Virus record (IMG/VR): IMGVR_UViG_3300050821_017626
Span: 1 to 64,000 of that record
DNA length: 64,000 bases
Source of the DNA: a virus
Strand: one strand, 5' to 3'
A program made the translations under genes and the position numbers. Below are positions 19,659 to 29,849 of this stretch, in pieces (the first letter of the stretch is position 1; each line of letters begins with the position of its first letter). The notes below the pieces were generated by a model. That model saw only the letters and a list, made by a program, of their open reading frames with translations, was not told the origin of the DNA and searched no databases.

Positions 19659-19838
19659 ATGAGTGAATTGAAACCAGGCGACCGGGTGAAAGCCCTTGGC
19701 CCCGGCCCCTATAAAGGGAAGAAGGGGACATTGCGAGAGGTGAAAATGAGCGTAGTTCAGTTCTGGGTTGAGTTGGACCTTGACTACGGGGGAATTCTTA
19801 CGGAGTTTCGAGAAGGCGATCTGGTGAAATGCTCATGA
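19659..19838 (+). CDS. Stand-alone KOW-motif protein (59 aa)
   Basis: MSELKPGDRVKALGPGPYKGKKGTL; below the ORF-track cutoff; RBS present. Confidence 0.55.
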   Translation: MSELKPGDRVKALGPGPYKGKKGTLREVKMSVVQFWVELDLDYGGILTEFREGDLVKCS

Positions 19839-20874
19839 ATGACGATCTGGGGCGCCGCGCCTCAAGCGGCCCCGGTCTTAGAAATCGATGCCTGATTACG
19901 GGGCAGCCTTTGATTTGTAGTCGCTGCGGCGGATCTTTGGCCGGAAGCGGAGAGTGTTTGCAGGACGAGTGTCCCGGTAATGCCTGGAAGCCCTTGGGTT
20001 CGCGGCATCGCTGGTGGATAGAGGAGGATTGGCGATGATTGCTTTCGAAGATGCGCCTCCAGGTTGGGACCAGGTAACATGGTCAGCAAGACCCAATCGG
20101 TGCAGTGAGTGTGGCAATTTGTTCGAGATAGGCTGGCGCCAGGCAAAGGGGAAGCGGGAATTCAAATGTGATGACTGTATTATCGGAGCTATGCCGAAGT
20201 CGCCGATGGAAGAATATAAGCAAAAAAAGGATTTGGTGCGCCAGGTGAGGCGAGAAGCGCCGGCCTCGGGATCGCGGCGAAGGAGGAAGAATGGCTGAGA
20301 ATGCATGTCATGGCGGCTGTCAGCAGGTGATCTGCATCTGTCCTGGCCTCTGCTTGGAGTGCTATCAGGTTACGAACGAGCCTCGGAAGGCGTGGAAGCC
20401 CCCGGATCGGCCGGGGCTTTTCTTTGGTCCAATTGCGATTTTCGAGGAGTGCTGGCAGAAGAAAGTAGGATCGGATGAAGAAGAGCCAAAGCCCGCTGGA
20501 TAGGACAAAATGGCTTAACCTGTAAGTTTCGACGGTCTGGTGTCACTTGGGTAAGGGGTGGGTCAAAAGGCTCGTAGAATGGCATATATAGAATTGAGGT
20601 TGGTATGAATGCTGACATAATTAGATTGGTCCTCGATGCGGTGGTCGAGCGCCATGGTAGTCTGGAAGGGGCGAAGTTCGTAGCGTTCAACACTAAGTTG
20701 GACAAGAACGACAACGCGCTGGTGTTCGTCAGTTGGAGCATGGGTTCAGAACGGCAGTGCTTGCGGTATCTGGTTCTGAAGGATCAGACAGTGATGCGAG
20801 TTCCGCCGAAGAAGGAGCTGAAGAACCCTGATTGGGTCAACGCATGGAAATCAGGCGATCAAGGCTAACCTCAT

Positions 20875-21392
20875 GCGCACATGCATGTCACCTGAAGCGG
20901 AAAAAAGACACTAATGCCGTGGGAATCGAGATGCACCTGTTTTTTGTGGTTAAACGCAATCAGAAATGAAAGGGTTAGGCACGGTCGATGGTTGCGTATG
21001 AGAACAAAAGTGCCAAAATAGCTCAAAACAGGGGACATGAGGGAAAAACGCGGTTTTGTGGTTATCTACAACTATCGATTAGTGCCTGTGATAGGCACGT
21101 CGCAATAGTTGTATGGCAGCAGTAAAACCGTGTTTTACTGAATCCCCTGTTTCTCCGTCTTTTCACCCCTATTACGTCTGTCTTTACATCTCGTAGTAAA
21201 AGTGTTATGTCATACAATATCATCACAATATCGGTTTGGCGCCTTTAATAGTTAGTTTTTTCAGGCGTGAGGAGGATTGTATACGGGTGTCACAGGAGTG
21301 GCATTGATTGCAGATAGGGACAAAAACGAGGTTCTATTTTTTATTTTGGGGATAGGTGCGTTTTCGCTATCAGGTGACATGCATGTGTGCGC
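20875..21392 (+). repeat. ~520-bp non-coding quasi-palindromic element, copy A
   Basis: Terminal inverted repeats (CACATGCATGTCACCTGA/TCAGGTGACATGCATGTG) and block identity with the reverse complement of 51261-51780. Confidence 0.85.
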
Positions 21393-21416
21393 GTAACATT
21401 ATAGCGAAAAATACGC

Positions 21417-21446
21417 CTAACAAAATGAGCCCCGGCGACGTATACT
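21417..21446 (+). promoter_or_regulatory. CTAACA-N17-GTATACT promoter (copy 4)
   Basis: Heads the rightward operon leading to TerS and the TerL ATPase. Confidence 0.7.
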
Positions 21447-21462
21447 GAGAGTAGGAGGAACT

Positions 21463-21897
21463 ATGCTGGATATACTAGAGTTGGCGGAGATCGAGGGCCG
21501 GGTGACCGCGCTTCCGGCGGGAGCATGGTTCGTGGGGCGGGACCCTGATCACACTTATTGGGTGCAGCGGGTGGTGAACTACGAACGGATTGCCAAAATC
21601 TATGCGCATGATGGTGCCGACAAAGCGGCAAGCGTTGCGGAGTTCATCGCTGCCTCGCGAACGGATGTGCCCCGGTTGGTGGAGGAGGTGTGTCGCCTCA
21701 ACCGGATTGTTGAGGAAGATGAGATTACCATTGCTGCGATCCACCAACAGAGGGATGATTGGCAAAAGTGCTGGGAGGAAGAAGCTGCAGAACGGGCGCA
21801 GTTGGCAGGAAGGGTTGAGCGGGATAACCAGCGCATCATCCAGTTGCTGGAGGAGAGCCTGGAGCTGCGCCGACAACTGATGGAGGCCAAAGCGTGA
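21463..21897 (+). CDS. Ead/Ea22-like phage protein
   Basis: AEFIAASRTDVPRLVEEV followed by a coiled coil; strong RBS. Confidence 0.55.
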   Translation: MLDILELAEIEGRVTALPAGAWFVGRDPDHTYWVQRVVNYERIAKIYAHDGADKAASVAEFIAASRTDVPRLVEEVCRLNRIVEEDEITIAAIHQQRDDWQKCWEEEAAERAQLAGRVERDNQRIIQLLEESLELRRQLMEAKA

Positions 21898-23599
21898 TTG
21901 CGGCGATCTCGATTTCCCTTGCAGTTGGCACGGCGCTGTGGGTGCTGTGGGCGGCGGCGATATTCCTGCTCTACCGGATGGGCGAGCGAGTGGCGGCGCT
22001 GCAGAAACAGGTCAACGAGGTGCAGGGGCAGGTGAATGCGGCGCTTACATCGGCGCAGGGAGGGCACCAGTTGGCTGAAAGGGCGTTGGAACTGGTGTCG
22101 AAGAGGAAGGAAGTGGACTTTGAGTGAGAGGGCGGTGTGGTGCGACGACTGTGATTGTATTCACCGATATGCGTTCTGTCATGCCTGTGGCGATTGGGTA
22201 AATATTCATCAGTGTGTGACCGTCTACAATCGATATCCTTGGTATCTGTTCTGGCGCCGCAAAACAATGACCTTGTGCGGGGAGTGCGTGGATCAGATGC
22301 GGGAGAATCTGCGGGCGCATGCGACGATGGTTTCGGAGGAATGGTGGGCGGATGAGAGTGAGTGAAGATAAGAATGGAGTTGGTTGGATGGGGTGGGATG
22401 AACCTGAGGGCCACCGAAGTTACGTGCGCTGCGGTAAATGTGGTCAAGGCGCGCGGGGATCGGCTAATTATTGTGCAAACTGCGGGGATAGATTGCGCTT
22501 TTCCTGCAGTAGCTGCGATCAGATTTTGCCCGAGAAAAGATCCTGCCGGCATTGTGGGTCCGAGATTTTTAAGACGGGCTTGATGGGGGCTAAATGTTCG
22601 ACTTGCGGGAAGGGTCAATAGTATGGTTTCCGATGGAAATGTCACGTTGGGACGATAAGAAGTGGATTGAATGGTGTTCGGATACGTACTGGCGATTGGT
22701 AGATGAGGGCACAACAATACCCAGTTTTAACTGGAAGCACCATCGGTGGTTACGGACCCAAAAGCGGCGGATGGAGTATCGGGGGAAGGTGAGGAGGAAG
22801 AAAAGGCGATGAGAGAGCGATTGCGAGAGACGTGTTGTAGTGTATGCTGGCGGTTTTTCCCTGCGCGAGAGCAGAAGACGCTGTGGAGGGAGAATTTTAT
22901 TGAATATCCGCTGACAGTGTGTCCCTCATGCTATGTTGCGAAGACACCAGGGGATCTGGAGAGGCCGATGGATAAGATAGTAGGGGGATCGTAGCGGGTT
23001 TGGAAGGTGGATGGGGCTTTGATAAGGGAGGGGGCGAATTGGGTCAGGATAAGGCGGCAGAACAATTGGATAGAAAAGTCCGGCAGCCAGATATCAATGC
23101 TCGGTACCGGGAGATCGAAAAGTCGGTAAATGTCAGTGTGCTGGATGTGGCCAAAGCGCGGTGCAGTGGGTGTCGCGGAAAGAGCGGGGGTGATGAAGGA
23201 CTAGTCTACTACGTTCACTGTTTCAGGGAAGAGAATCGGCCGATTCGGGCGTTGTGCAAGAAGTGTGTGGTGGAAATGGCTGGTGGGGTGGAAAAGGTCT
23301 ATGTCAGAGAGGCGATTGGGCCGTTCTTGCGGAAGTTTTGGGAGAAAGATCGGCGGGAGAAGAAGCGGAACGTGACTTTATCAGGGGTGCAGATTGAAGC
23401 GATGCAGAGGGGGAGAAAGAATGCAGCCCGAGAAGAGAGCGCTCTGTGAGGCCCTAAAGGAGATGGCCTGCGCCGCTACTGCGCTTGCAGCAGCCATCGC
23501 GCAGCGAGATACGAAGTGGAGCGAGCGACTGCGGGCGGAGAGTTGGCAGGCGCTGAATGAGGCGATGGATAAGGTGACTTGTTTGAGTGGAGTTCCACG

Positions 23600-24442
23600 A
23601 TGAGTGATGTAGTGTTGCATTTCAAAGATGAAACTTCGCAAGAATGTAAGAGCGTGTGCCATGCAATTGCCTTTTCAATGTTCTATGACGAGGAAAAGAT
23701 TGTCGACCGGATTGAACTGAAGGGCGAGCGGGTGTTTCCCGAGGGAGTGAAACCAGAGTACTGGCCACGTTATTGGGATCAGTGGGCAACGGCGGGGATG
23801 GGGCAGGGATTGGGTCGGAGCAAGTTTTTGCAGGAGAAGAAACGGATGATGGAACAGTATGCGCGGACGGAAGAGGAGGAATTGGCGGCGCTGGATGCCA
23901 GTATCGCGGAGCTTGAGGGACGGAAGCAGACGCCGGTCAATCGGAAAAGCTCGCTCATCATCTCGGCGCTTATGACTTCTTCCTCGATTGAGGAGGCGGC
24001 GGCGAAGGCGAAGGTGTCGGGAAAAACCGTGAGCACGCTGTTGCGGGACCCGGATTTCCAGCGGGAATATTATGCGGCACAGAAGATGACGACGGCGCAC
24101 GTCGTGATCTATCTCAAGAATATGTTTGGGGATGTGGTGCAGCGGCTTTATGAGATCCTGTGCAATGAAAGCCATGCGGTGAGTGCTCGGGTGCAGGCGG
24201 CAGGGTTGCTGATGCGGTATTCGTTTGAGATGATTCAGCGGGACGTGGACGAAAAATTCAAAGAGGAAATCCGCTACTTTATAGCTGAGATCAAGGCGCG
24301 CCAGCTAGGTCAGGGTCAGGTTCCTACAATGAAATTAATGGCGCTGGCGGAGGCGGGCGATGAAGAGGCGGAGTTCTATGGGGAAGCGATGGTAGCGGAG
24401 GTGGATAGTAGCGAAGGGATAGGTGGAGGGGTGGGCAGTTGA
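23600..24442 (+). CDS. Terminase small subunit (HTH-type)
   Basis: HTH SIEEAAAKAKVSGKTVSTLLRDPDF, ARVQAA, and overlap with the TerL start. Confidence 0.65.
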   Translation: MSDVVLHFKDETSQECKSVCHAIAFSMFYDEEKIVDRIELKGERVFPEGVKPEYWPRYWDQWATAGMGQGLGRSKFLQEKKRMMEQYARTEEEELAALDASIAELEGRKQTPVNRKSSLIISALMTSSSIEEAAAKAKVSGKTVSTLLRDPDFQREYYAAQKMTTAHVVIYLKNMFGDVVQRLYEILCNESHAVSARVQAAGLLMRYSFEMIQRDVDEKFKEEIRYFIAEIKARQLGQGQVPTMKLMALAEAGDEEAEFYGEAMVAEVDSSEGIGGGVGS

Positions 24443-25431
24443 AGCTCACGCTGAATGATCTGGATGTGAGTAAGCCGTCCGATGTTTTGGGGGTGCTGCA
24501 GGCGGAAAAGAAGCGTAAAGATTTATTGCGGGAGTTGAAGCTGGAGTTGCAGGCTGCTTCGACAACGGATTTTTCTGACTTTCAGAAGACAGGTCTCAGG
24601 ATTTTCAAGCGGCCGGATATATTTGCCAGGGAATATGTCAGGTGGCCAGAGGGAGAGAAGCTTACTGCCTATCAGGAGGAGCTTCTACTCGCTATTCCCA
24701 CCAAAGAGCGTATCGCGGTGCGGGGGCCGCGCGGGCTCGGAAAGTCCTGTCTCGCCGCCCTGGCAGTGCTCTGGTTCTGCCTGAGTCGTGAGAGTCTGGG
24801 GGTCGATTACAAGTGTATTATTACAGCCGGTTCAGCAAATCAGCTTCGTAGGTACCTTTTCCCGGAGATACGCAAGTGGGCACTTCGCCTCGATTTCGAT
24901 AAGATCGGCAGGCCAAAGTTCTGCGAACGGAGCGAGCTGCTCAAAGATGCACTACAGATGTCACACGGCGAGGCGTTTTGCGTGAGTCCCGATCAGCCGT
25001 CCTTGCTGGAAGGGCTTCATGCCTCCGAAGTGCTGGTCGTGATCGATGAGGCAAAGACGGTGTGTGACGAGATATTTCACAGCGTTGAGGGCTTCTTCTC
25101 ATCGGCGGGAAAAGACAGCGGCAAACATGCCTTCGCCATTGCGATTTCAACACCATCAATCCCAGTGGGAATGTTCTATCGGCTGCACAGGCGAGAGCCT
25201 GGATTGACCCACTGGCACGCGAGGCATGTCAAATTGGATGAGGCCCTGGCCGCAGGGACGATTACCCAGGAGTATGTTGATCGGCTGGCGGCGCAGTTTG
25301 GCAAGGATTCGTCCTTCTTCCAGCAGCAGGTGCTGGGCGAATTTGCGGCAGATGATGACAGCGGAATTATCTCCTTAGATTGGATACTAAGGGCGTGTGA
25401 TCGATACGAAGAGGAATTAGAGAATGCTTGA
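24439..25431 (+). CDS. Terminase large subunit, N-terminal ATPase domain only
   Basis: Walker A RGPRGLGKS, Walker B VVIDEA, coupling motif ISTP and VLGEF. It stops at IISLDWILRACDRYEEELENA, before the nuclease domain. Confidence 0.88.
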   Translation: MKLTLNDLDVSKPSDVLGVLQAEKKRKDLLRELKLELQAASTTDFSDFQKTGLRIFKRPDIFAREYVRWPEGEKLTAYQEELLLAIPTKERIAVRGPRGLGKSCLAALAVLWFCLSRESLGVDYKCIITAGSANQLRRYLFPEIRKWALRLDFDKIGRPKFCERSELLKDALQMSHGEAFCVSPDQPSLLEGLHASEVLVVIDEAKTVCDEIFHSVEGFFSSAGKDSGKHAFAIAISTPSIPVGMFYRLHRREPGLTHWHARHVKLDEALAAGTITQEYVDRLAAQFGKDSSFFQQQVLGEFAADDDSGIISLDWILRACDRYEEELENA

Positions 25432-25621
25432 TAACCAAAGTGGGCAGTCATCTCTTACCGTTTCCGAAGCCTCTGACCTGAAGATGATCGAGCCCTCCCT
25501 GATCCTGCGGGCCATCAAGACGGGGCGGCTTCCTGCAGTCGAGGAGGCATACGGTAAACGGAAACGCTATCGGATCGATTCGGATGACCTGGAGCGGTGG
25601 GTTGAGTGGCGGAAAGGCTGA
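25424..25621 (+). CDS. Excisionase-like HTH protein
   Basis: LTVSEAS...IKTGRLPA...YRIDSDDLERW. Confidence 0.7.
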   Translation: MLDNQSGQSSLTVSEASDLKMIEPSLILRAIKTGRLPAVEEAYGKRKRYRIDSDDLERWVEWRKG

Positions 25622-26500
25622 TGGCTTCCTGGACTGCAGTGAGCGATAAAGCTATCTGGCGCATTCATTTACACCTAGGATTTTATCGCGTGTTCGTGGG
25701 CGCAAACCTATTTGTCAGTGGGCGACAATGGACCTTCAACCTTGGCGTCCCCGGAGTTCATCTACAGTTTCTCTGGTGTAGGAAATAATGCTTGCCTTTT
25801 GGCATTGGTGGATTGGTCCTTGGGCGTATGAACCTGTGTGGTTGCATATGTTTGGTCTTTGGGGCATGTTCAAATTGGGGCAGATTACGGGTAGGTGCGG
25901 GAGGTGACGCGATGTTGGTTTACGGCATTCAAATCGAGCCCGTTAAGGGCTGGGTCGAGCAGTTCGAGCATCCCGAGGGCGGAGCGGTCGTATTCATGAG
26001 CGCTCGGGATGCTCTGATGGTGGCGCAAACGCTTTACGATCTGCTGAAGGTCCCGGTGACGGTTTACTGGGCAGAAGCGGATCGGAATGATTTCGCCTGG
26101 AAAGGGAATGTTCTGGATTTGCGTGAGTATGTGTCGCTGGAGCAGGAGAGGCCGAAGGGTTAGTCATCTCCAACCGTAGTGGGCAATATCCCAAAAACCA
26201 AGGCCAACAAGTGATAGATTGGCAAGGATCAGAGACCATACCACGATACAGAAGCAGACCCAGTGGTGGCGGGCGGCAGCGTGAATGCCGAGCTTCATGG
26301 TTTCCCATAGCCATTGGAGTGATTTCATGCCACAACCTCTTCCGTTCGGGTCACTTTCAACAGGCGATATTTGTCGTGGCCTTTTTCCGAACGCAGTTCT
26401 TCGAGTTTTGCAAGAGCCGGTTTCAAGTCGAAATATAGGAATACAGTACCATCCCAAATTTCGTGTTCCTTATCATCCCACCTCGTCTCGATGATGTATT

Positions 26501-27109
26501 TTACCATGTGATTTCCTCCAGTCGGGCGATGAGCCGATCTCCGGCCTCGCGGTCTTCCACTGTCAATGCGGCTTCTTCTTCTTCTTCGAATGTCAGACAC
26601 GCCTTCAGATAAGCGCGGATGACGCGAAGTTCCTGAGGCGTTAGGGAGAGGGTGATGCTTTGGTCTTTTTGCGCCCCCCTCGCCTCCGGTTCAAGCGGTC
26701 GATCTCTTGTTGAAATAATTGGCGATGGCAGGTCTCGCACAGCCATTGGGATGGTTTGTTCGGATGTCTGACCTGCCATGTCGCTGGTTGGCCGCACGGG
26801 CAGTCTCGTTGGTTGGACATTTTTCTCCTTGTTCTTCGATCCTTTGGGACGGCCCCGCCGTTTGGGAGTGGGCTCGGGTGTTTCTTCGACCGACGTGGGC
26901 ACTACGCTGATAGCCTGGCCGATGGCGCGCTGCGTGGCCATATCCTGCAGTTGGCGCAGCTCCTCCTCCAAGTAGGCGGGAAACCGAGCGTTCTTGCGCA
27001 GGCTGGATTTCTGCTGCAGTAAGTCGATGCGGCGGGTGTTCAGGATTTCCCAGTTCACTTGCTCTCGTTCCCGGTCGTGATTGGGATATTCCGCTGCCAC
27101 TCCTTCCAT
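26501..27109 (-). CDS. AT-hook-containing protein
   Basis: PKRRGRPKGSKNK. Confidence 0.55.
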   Translation of the reverse strand: MEGVAAEYPNHDREREQVNWEILNTRRIDLLQQKSSLRKNARFPAYLEEELRQLQDMATQRAIGQAISVVPTSVEETPEPTPKRRGRPKGSKNKEKNVQPTRLPVRPTSDMAGQTSEQTIPMAVRDLPSPIISTRDRPLEPEARGAQKDQSITLSLTPQELRVIRAYLKACLTFEEEEEAALTVEDREAGDRLIARLEEITW

Positions 27110-27859
27110 GCGCAGTGATGGAAGGGGAACGGATAGTTTGGCAATATTAGGACTTGCGTTGCTGGGCAGCCGCAGCGGCAGCGTTGCCTTTGGCTTGTTC
27201 TTGGAGCCCTTGGGGCGACCGCGCCGAGGTGATTGATGCAGCGGCGATTCCTCGGGCTCTGAAGGGATGGGGGGCCTTCGGTCGCGGGAGTGGGTTGGAG
27301 CCCCAGGTTAAGCGGCACAGTCATATCAGACGGCTCGATAGTCTGGTGGATTCGGTCGGCGAACATGGTTGTGGCATCCAGCAGCGAGTACGGGCCGCGA
27401 ACGAGGATCTCCTCGCCCCATGAGATGATGGTCTGGCCTAAATAGGGTCGGTGTAATAGGTAGGCTCGTCTGCGGTGGGCAGGGATGGCGATTTCCCACA
27501 GTTCGTATTCTTCGTTGAGGTTGAGAAGGTCCTGGATTTCCTCCAGCAATGGGTTCGCGCCCATGTCGACTGGATTGGTGGGACGCAGAGTGAGGCCGGC
27601 GACTTCCATTGGTTCACTTGGGTATTGTTCTTCCATTAGTATCACCACCTATCAGGCTTGGTCCGAAAGTATTCCGCTCGTAAATCTTCAGCGCTCTCCA
27701 GCATCGCTAGGCGCGTTTCGAGTTCGTCAAGTTTAGAACTCAAGTGGGCAATCGTTTCGTCGGCCGCTTGGGCGCGATCCTCGCTTTTCTGCAGTCGGTC
27801 GTTCAGCCGGGCGATGGCGGAGCGTGTTGCTATCGCTTCAAGAAGACGTTCGTCGGACA

Positions 27860-28063
27860 TTAGAGTTCTTCCTCCTCCTCAAACCCATCAAAGATACCCT
27901 GCTTATATTTTTCGGGATATTGCCGTATCCAGTCTGCCGTTGCGTCAAAGCCTAGTTCTCCGGCAATATCGGCGACGCGAGTTCGAACGAACATGTTGGT
28001 GAGGCCGGATTCTCGGACGGCGTTTAAACCTTCCAGGACTTCGGCTGTTACTTGGATGGGCAT
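27860..28063 (-). CDS. DUF5049-like protein
   Basis: LNAVRESGLTNMF motif. Confidence 0.6.
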   Translation of the reverse strand: MPIQVTAEVLEGLNAVRESGLTNMFVRTRVADIAGELGFDATADWIRQYPEKYKQGIFDGFEEEEEL

Positions 28064-28312
28064 TATTCTACCTCCTCAATTTGACATTCGTGGGTGTATA
28101 TTGCCATTAGTCGTTTTCTCCCGTAAACTGGCCGCAGAGTGGGCAGTGTTTTTCGCGTCGTATTAGTTCTTCGACAATGTTGCTGGCGAGATAGCAGCTT
28201 TCCTTTTGCCAAGTGTCGCCTGTTTGGGGACACCAATCACCAAGCAACGTATCAATGGCGTCAAGCAGATCGAGCTTTGATGCTTTCTCAATGTCGTGTC
28301 GACTGGTTATTT

Positions 28313-28603
28313 TCATTGTTCTTCTCCTTCTTGACTTCCTGCAATCTTCGTGCCATGCCTTTCAAACCAATCGAGCAACATGAGCCTTACCTGGCCATTG
28401 ATGCTCCGGTCACCTTTTTGGGCTTGCAGACGTATCTGATTGGCCAGCCAGCCGGGGAACTGGATGCTGATTGTCACTCTCTCGGCATCATCATAAGGCA
28501 TGGCAGGGTCGCGCGTTCTCCTGCCTCTAGGATTGATGGAAGGGCGCGGCTCCGGCGGGTCAAGAAGATTCCTAAGTTCTTTTGGAAGGGTTGGGTATTT
28601 CAT
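28313..28603 (-). CDS. Arc-like ribbon-helix-helix regulator
   Basis: ISIQFPGWLANQIRLQAQKGDRSINGQV. Confidence 0.6.
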   Translation of the reverse strand: MKYPTLPKELRNLLDPPEPRPSINPRGRRTRDPAMPYDDAERVTISIQFPGWLANQIRLQAQKGDRSINGQVRLMLLDWFERHGTKIAGSQEGEEQ

Positions 28604-28835
28604 TTGGTTGCCTCTTTGTCTGTAGTGGGCAGTTCGCTGGCGTTGTGTGGGTTGCACTGGGGACAGATCCAGCCTTTTCGAGTATGCTGCCAGCCTATCT
28701 CGCGCGCTTCCTCTGCGGCCATCTTGTCCGTAGGGGAAAGGAGTTCGTAATGTTCTAAACAATCATCACAAGAGATGCTTCTGGTAATTTGAATGTGATA
28801 GGCCATTGGGGTACCCCTTATAGAGTGGGCAGTGT

Positions 28836-29849
28836 TTAACTGCGTAGTTCCTTTTTCTGTGTAGTGGGCGGATACTTCGCCGCGTATTGCTCGGCCGTGA
28901 TGTGCTGCTCGATCTCGGCATAGGGAATGCGCGGCTTGTAGTCAGACAGGTTGGGCGTCAGACACTGGCCGGTTACGGATTGGGCGTTGACACGAAGAAC
29001 TTGGTAAAAATGACGGTCGCTCATGATGTAGTCGCCCTTCTTGATGGCGGCTTTCTTCCAGGCGTCCGCTTCCGAGATACCTTTGGTGATGGTGCCGGCA
29101 CCGGCCGCTTCGATCTGCTGGCGCCAGTAGTCGGCCTTTTCCTGGTATTCGGCGACGAGATTGGTATAACGAAGAATGGCTGCCTGGCGTTTCTCGTCGC
29201 CCCATTGAGGGTGAATGGAAGGGGCGATGGATGGATTGTATTCTGGATTGCTCACGCGGTCAAGGTGACGCTGGCAGACGCGCCGTTCCGCTTCCGCTTC
29301 CTTCAGTCGGCGGTGCATGAAGGCAACGTCTTTATCTTCAGCTTTGAAGGAGGAGGAGAGGGCTCGGCCTCGGTAATATTTTGCTTTGTCTGCTTCTTCG
29401 ACGGCTGATCGTAAGGCATTGTCCGCCTTTTCGAGCGTCCTTCTGTGCTTTCTTTCAGAATAATGTCCGACGAGAATTGGTTGACCAAATGGGATTGGGT
29501 CAAGAATGGCGCGAAATCTGTCGTGGGCAGCTTCCGAGCGGGCGCTAGCGTTCTCGGAATAGGTGCGGTATCTATCAGTCCGCTTGGCTGATCGAGCTTT
29601 CGCGCTGTCGACTCGATCTGCAAAGGTTGTCTTACCGTAGTGGGCAATGGCTTCGAGGAGTTCCTCGGTCGGGTCGTGCCAGAAGGAGAAAGCGCCGCGC
29701 CATTTCTTGGCACCGAGCGCATAGAGCGCATCTTCGTATCCTGCAGTCGTGCCGGTGACGTTCCATACGGGCCGAGCCGCCTTGCCGGGTTTGCTTGGCG
29801 TGGTCATTGCTTCGGTAACAGTAAGGCCGTAGTCGGATAGGGTAGCCAT
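28836..29849 (-). CDS. DUF3560-domain protein
   Basis: IPFGQPILVGHYSERKHRR signature; strong RBS. Confidence 0.75.
   Translation of the reverse strand: MATLSDYGLTVTEAMTTPSKPGKAARPVWNVTGTTAGYEDALYALGAKKWRGAFSFWHDPTEELLEAIAHYGKTTFADRVDSAKARSAKRTDRYRTYSENASARSEAAHDRFRAILDPIPFGQPILVGHYSERKHRRTLEKADNALRSAVEEADKAKYYRGRALSSSFKAEDKDVAFMHRRLKEAEAERRVCQRHLDRVSNPEYNPSIAPSIHPQWGDEKRQAAILRYTNLVAEYQEKADYWRQQIEAAGAGTITKGISEADAWKKAAIKKGDYIMSDRHFYQVLRVNAQSVTGQCLTPNLSDYKPRIPYAEIEQHITAEQYAAKYPPTTQKKELRS

Noticed and set aside
20875-21392. The 520-bp elements as MITEs or IS remnants
   Set aside because: No transposase or target duplication seen, and internal blocks are better conserved than the termini, the reverse of the MITE pattern.
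12420-25431. att-like sites that would rejoin the terminase halves by inversion
   Set aside because: Only GAATG is shared at the two ends and joining there is out of frame.
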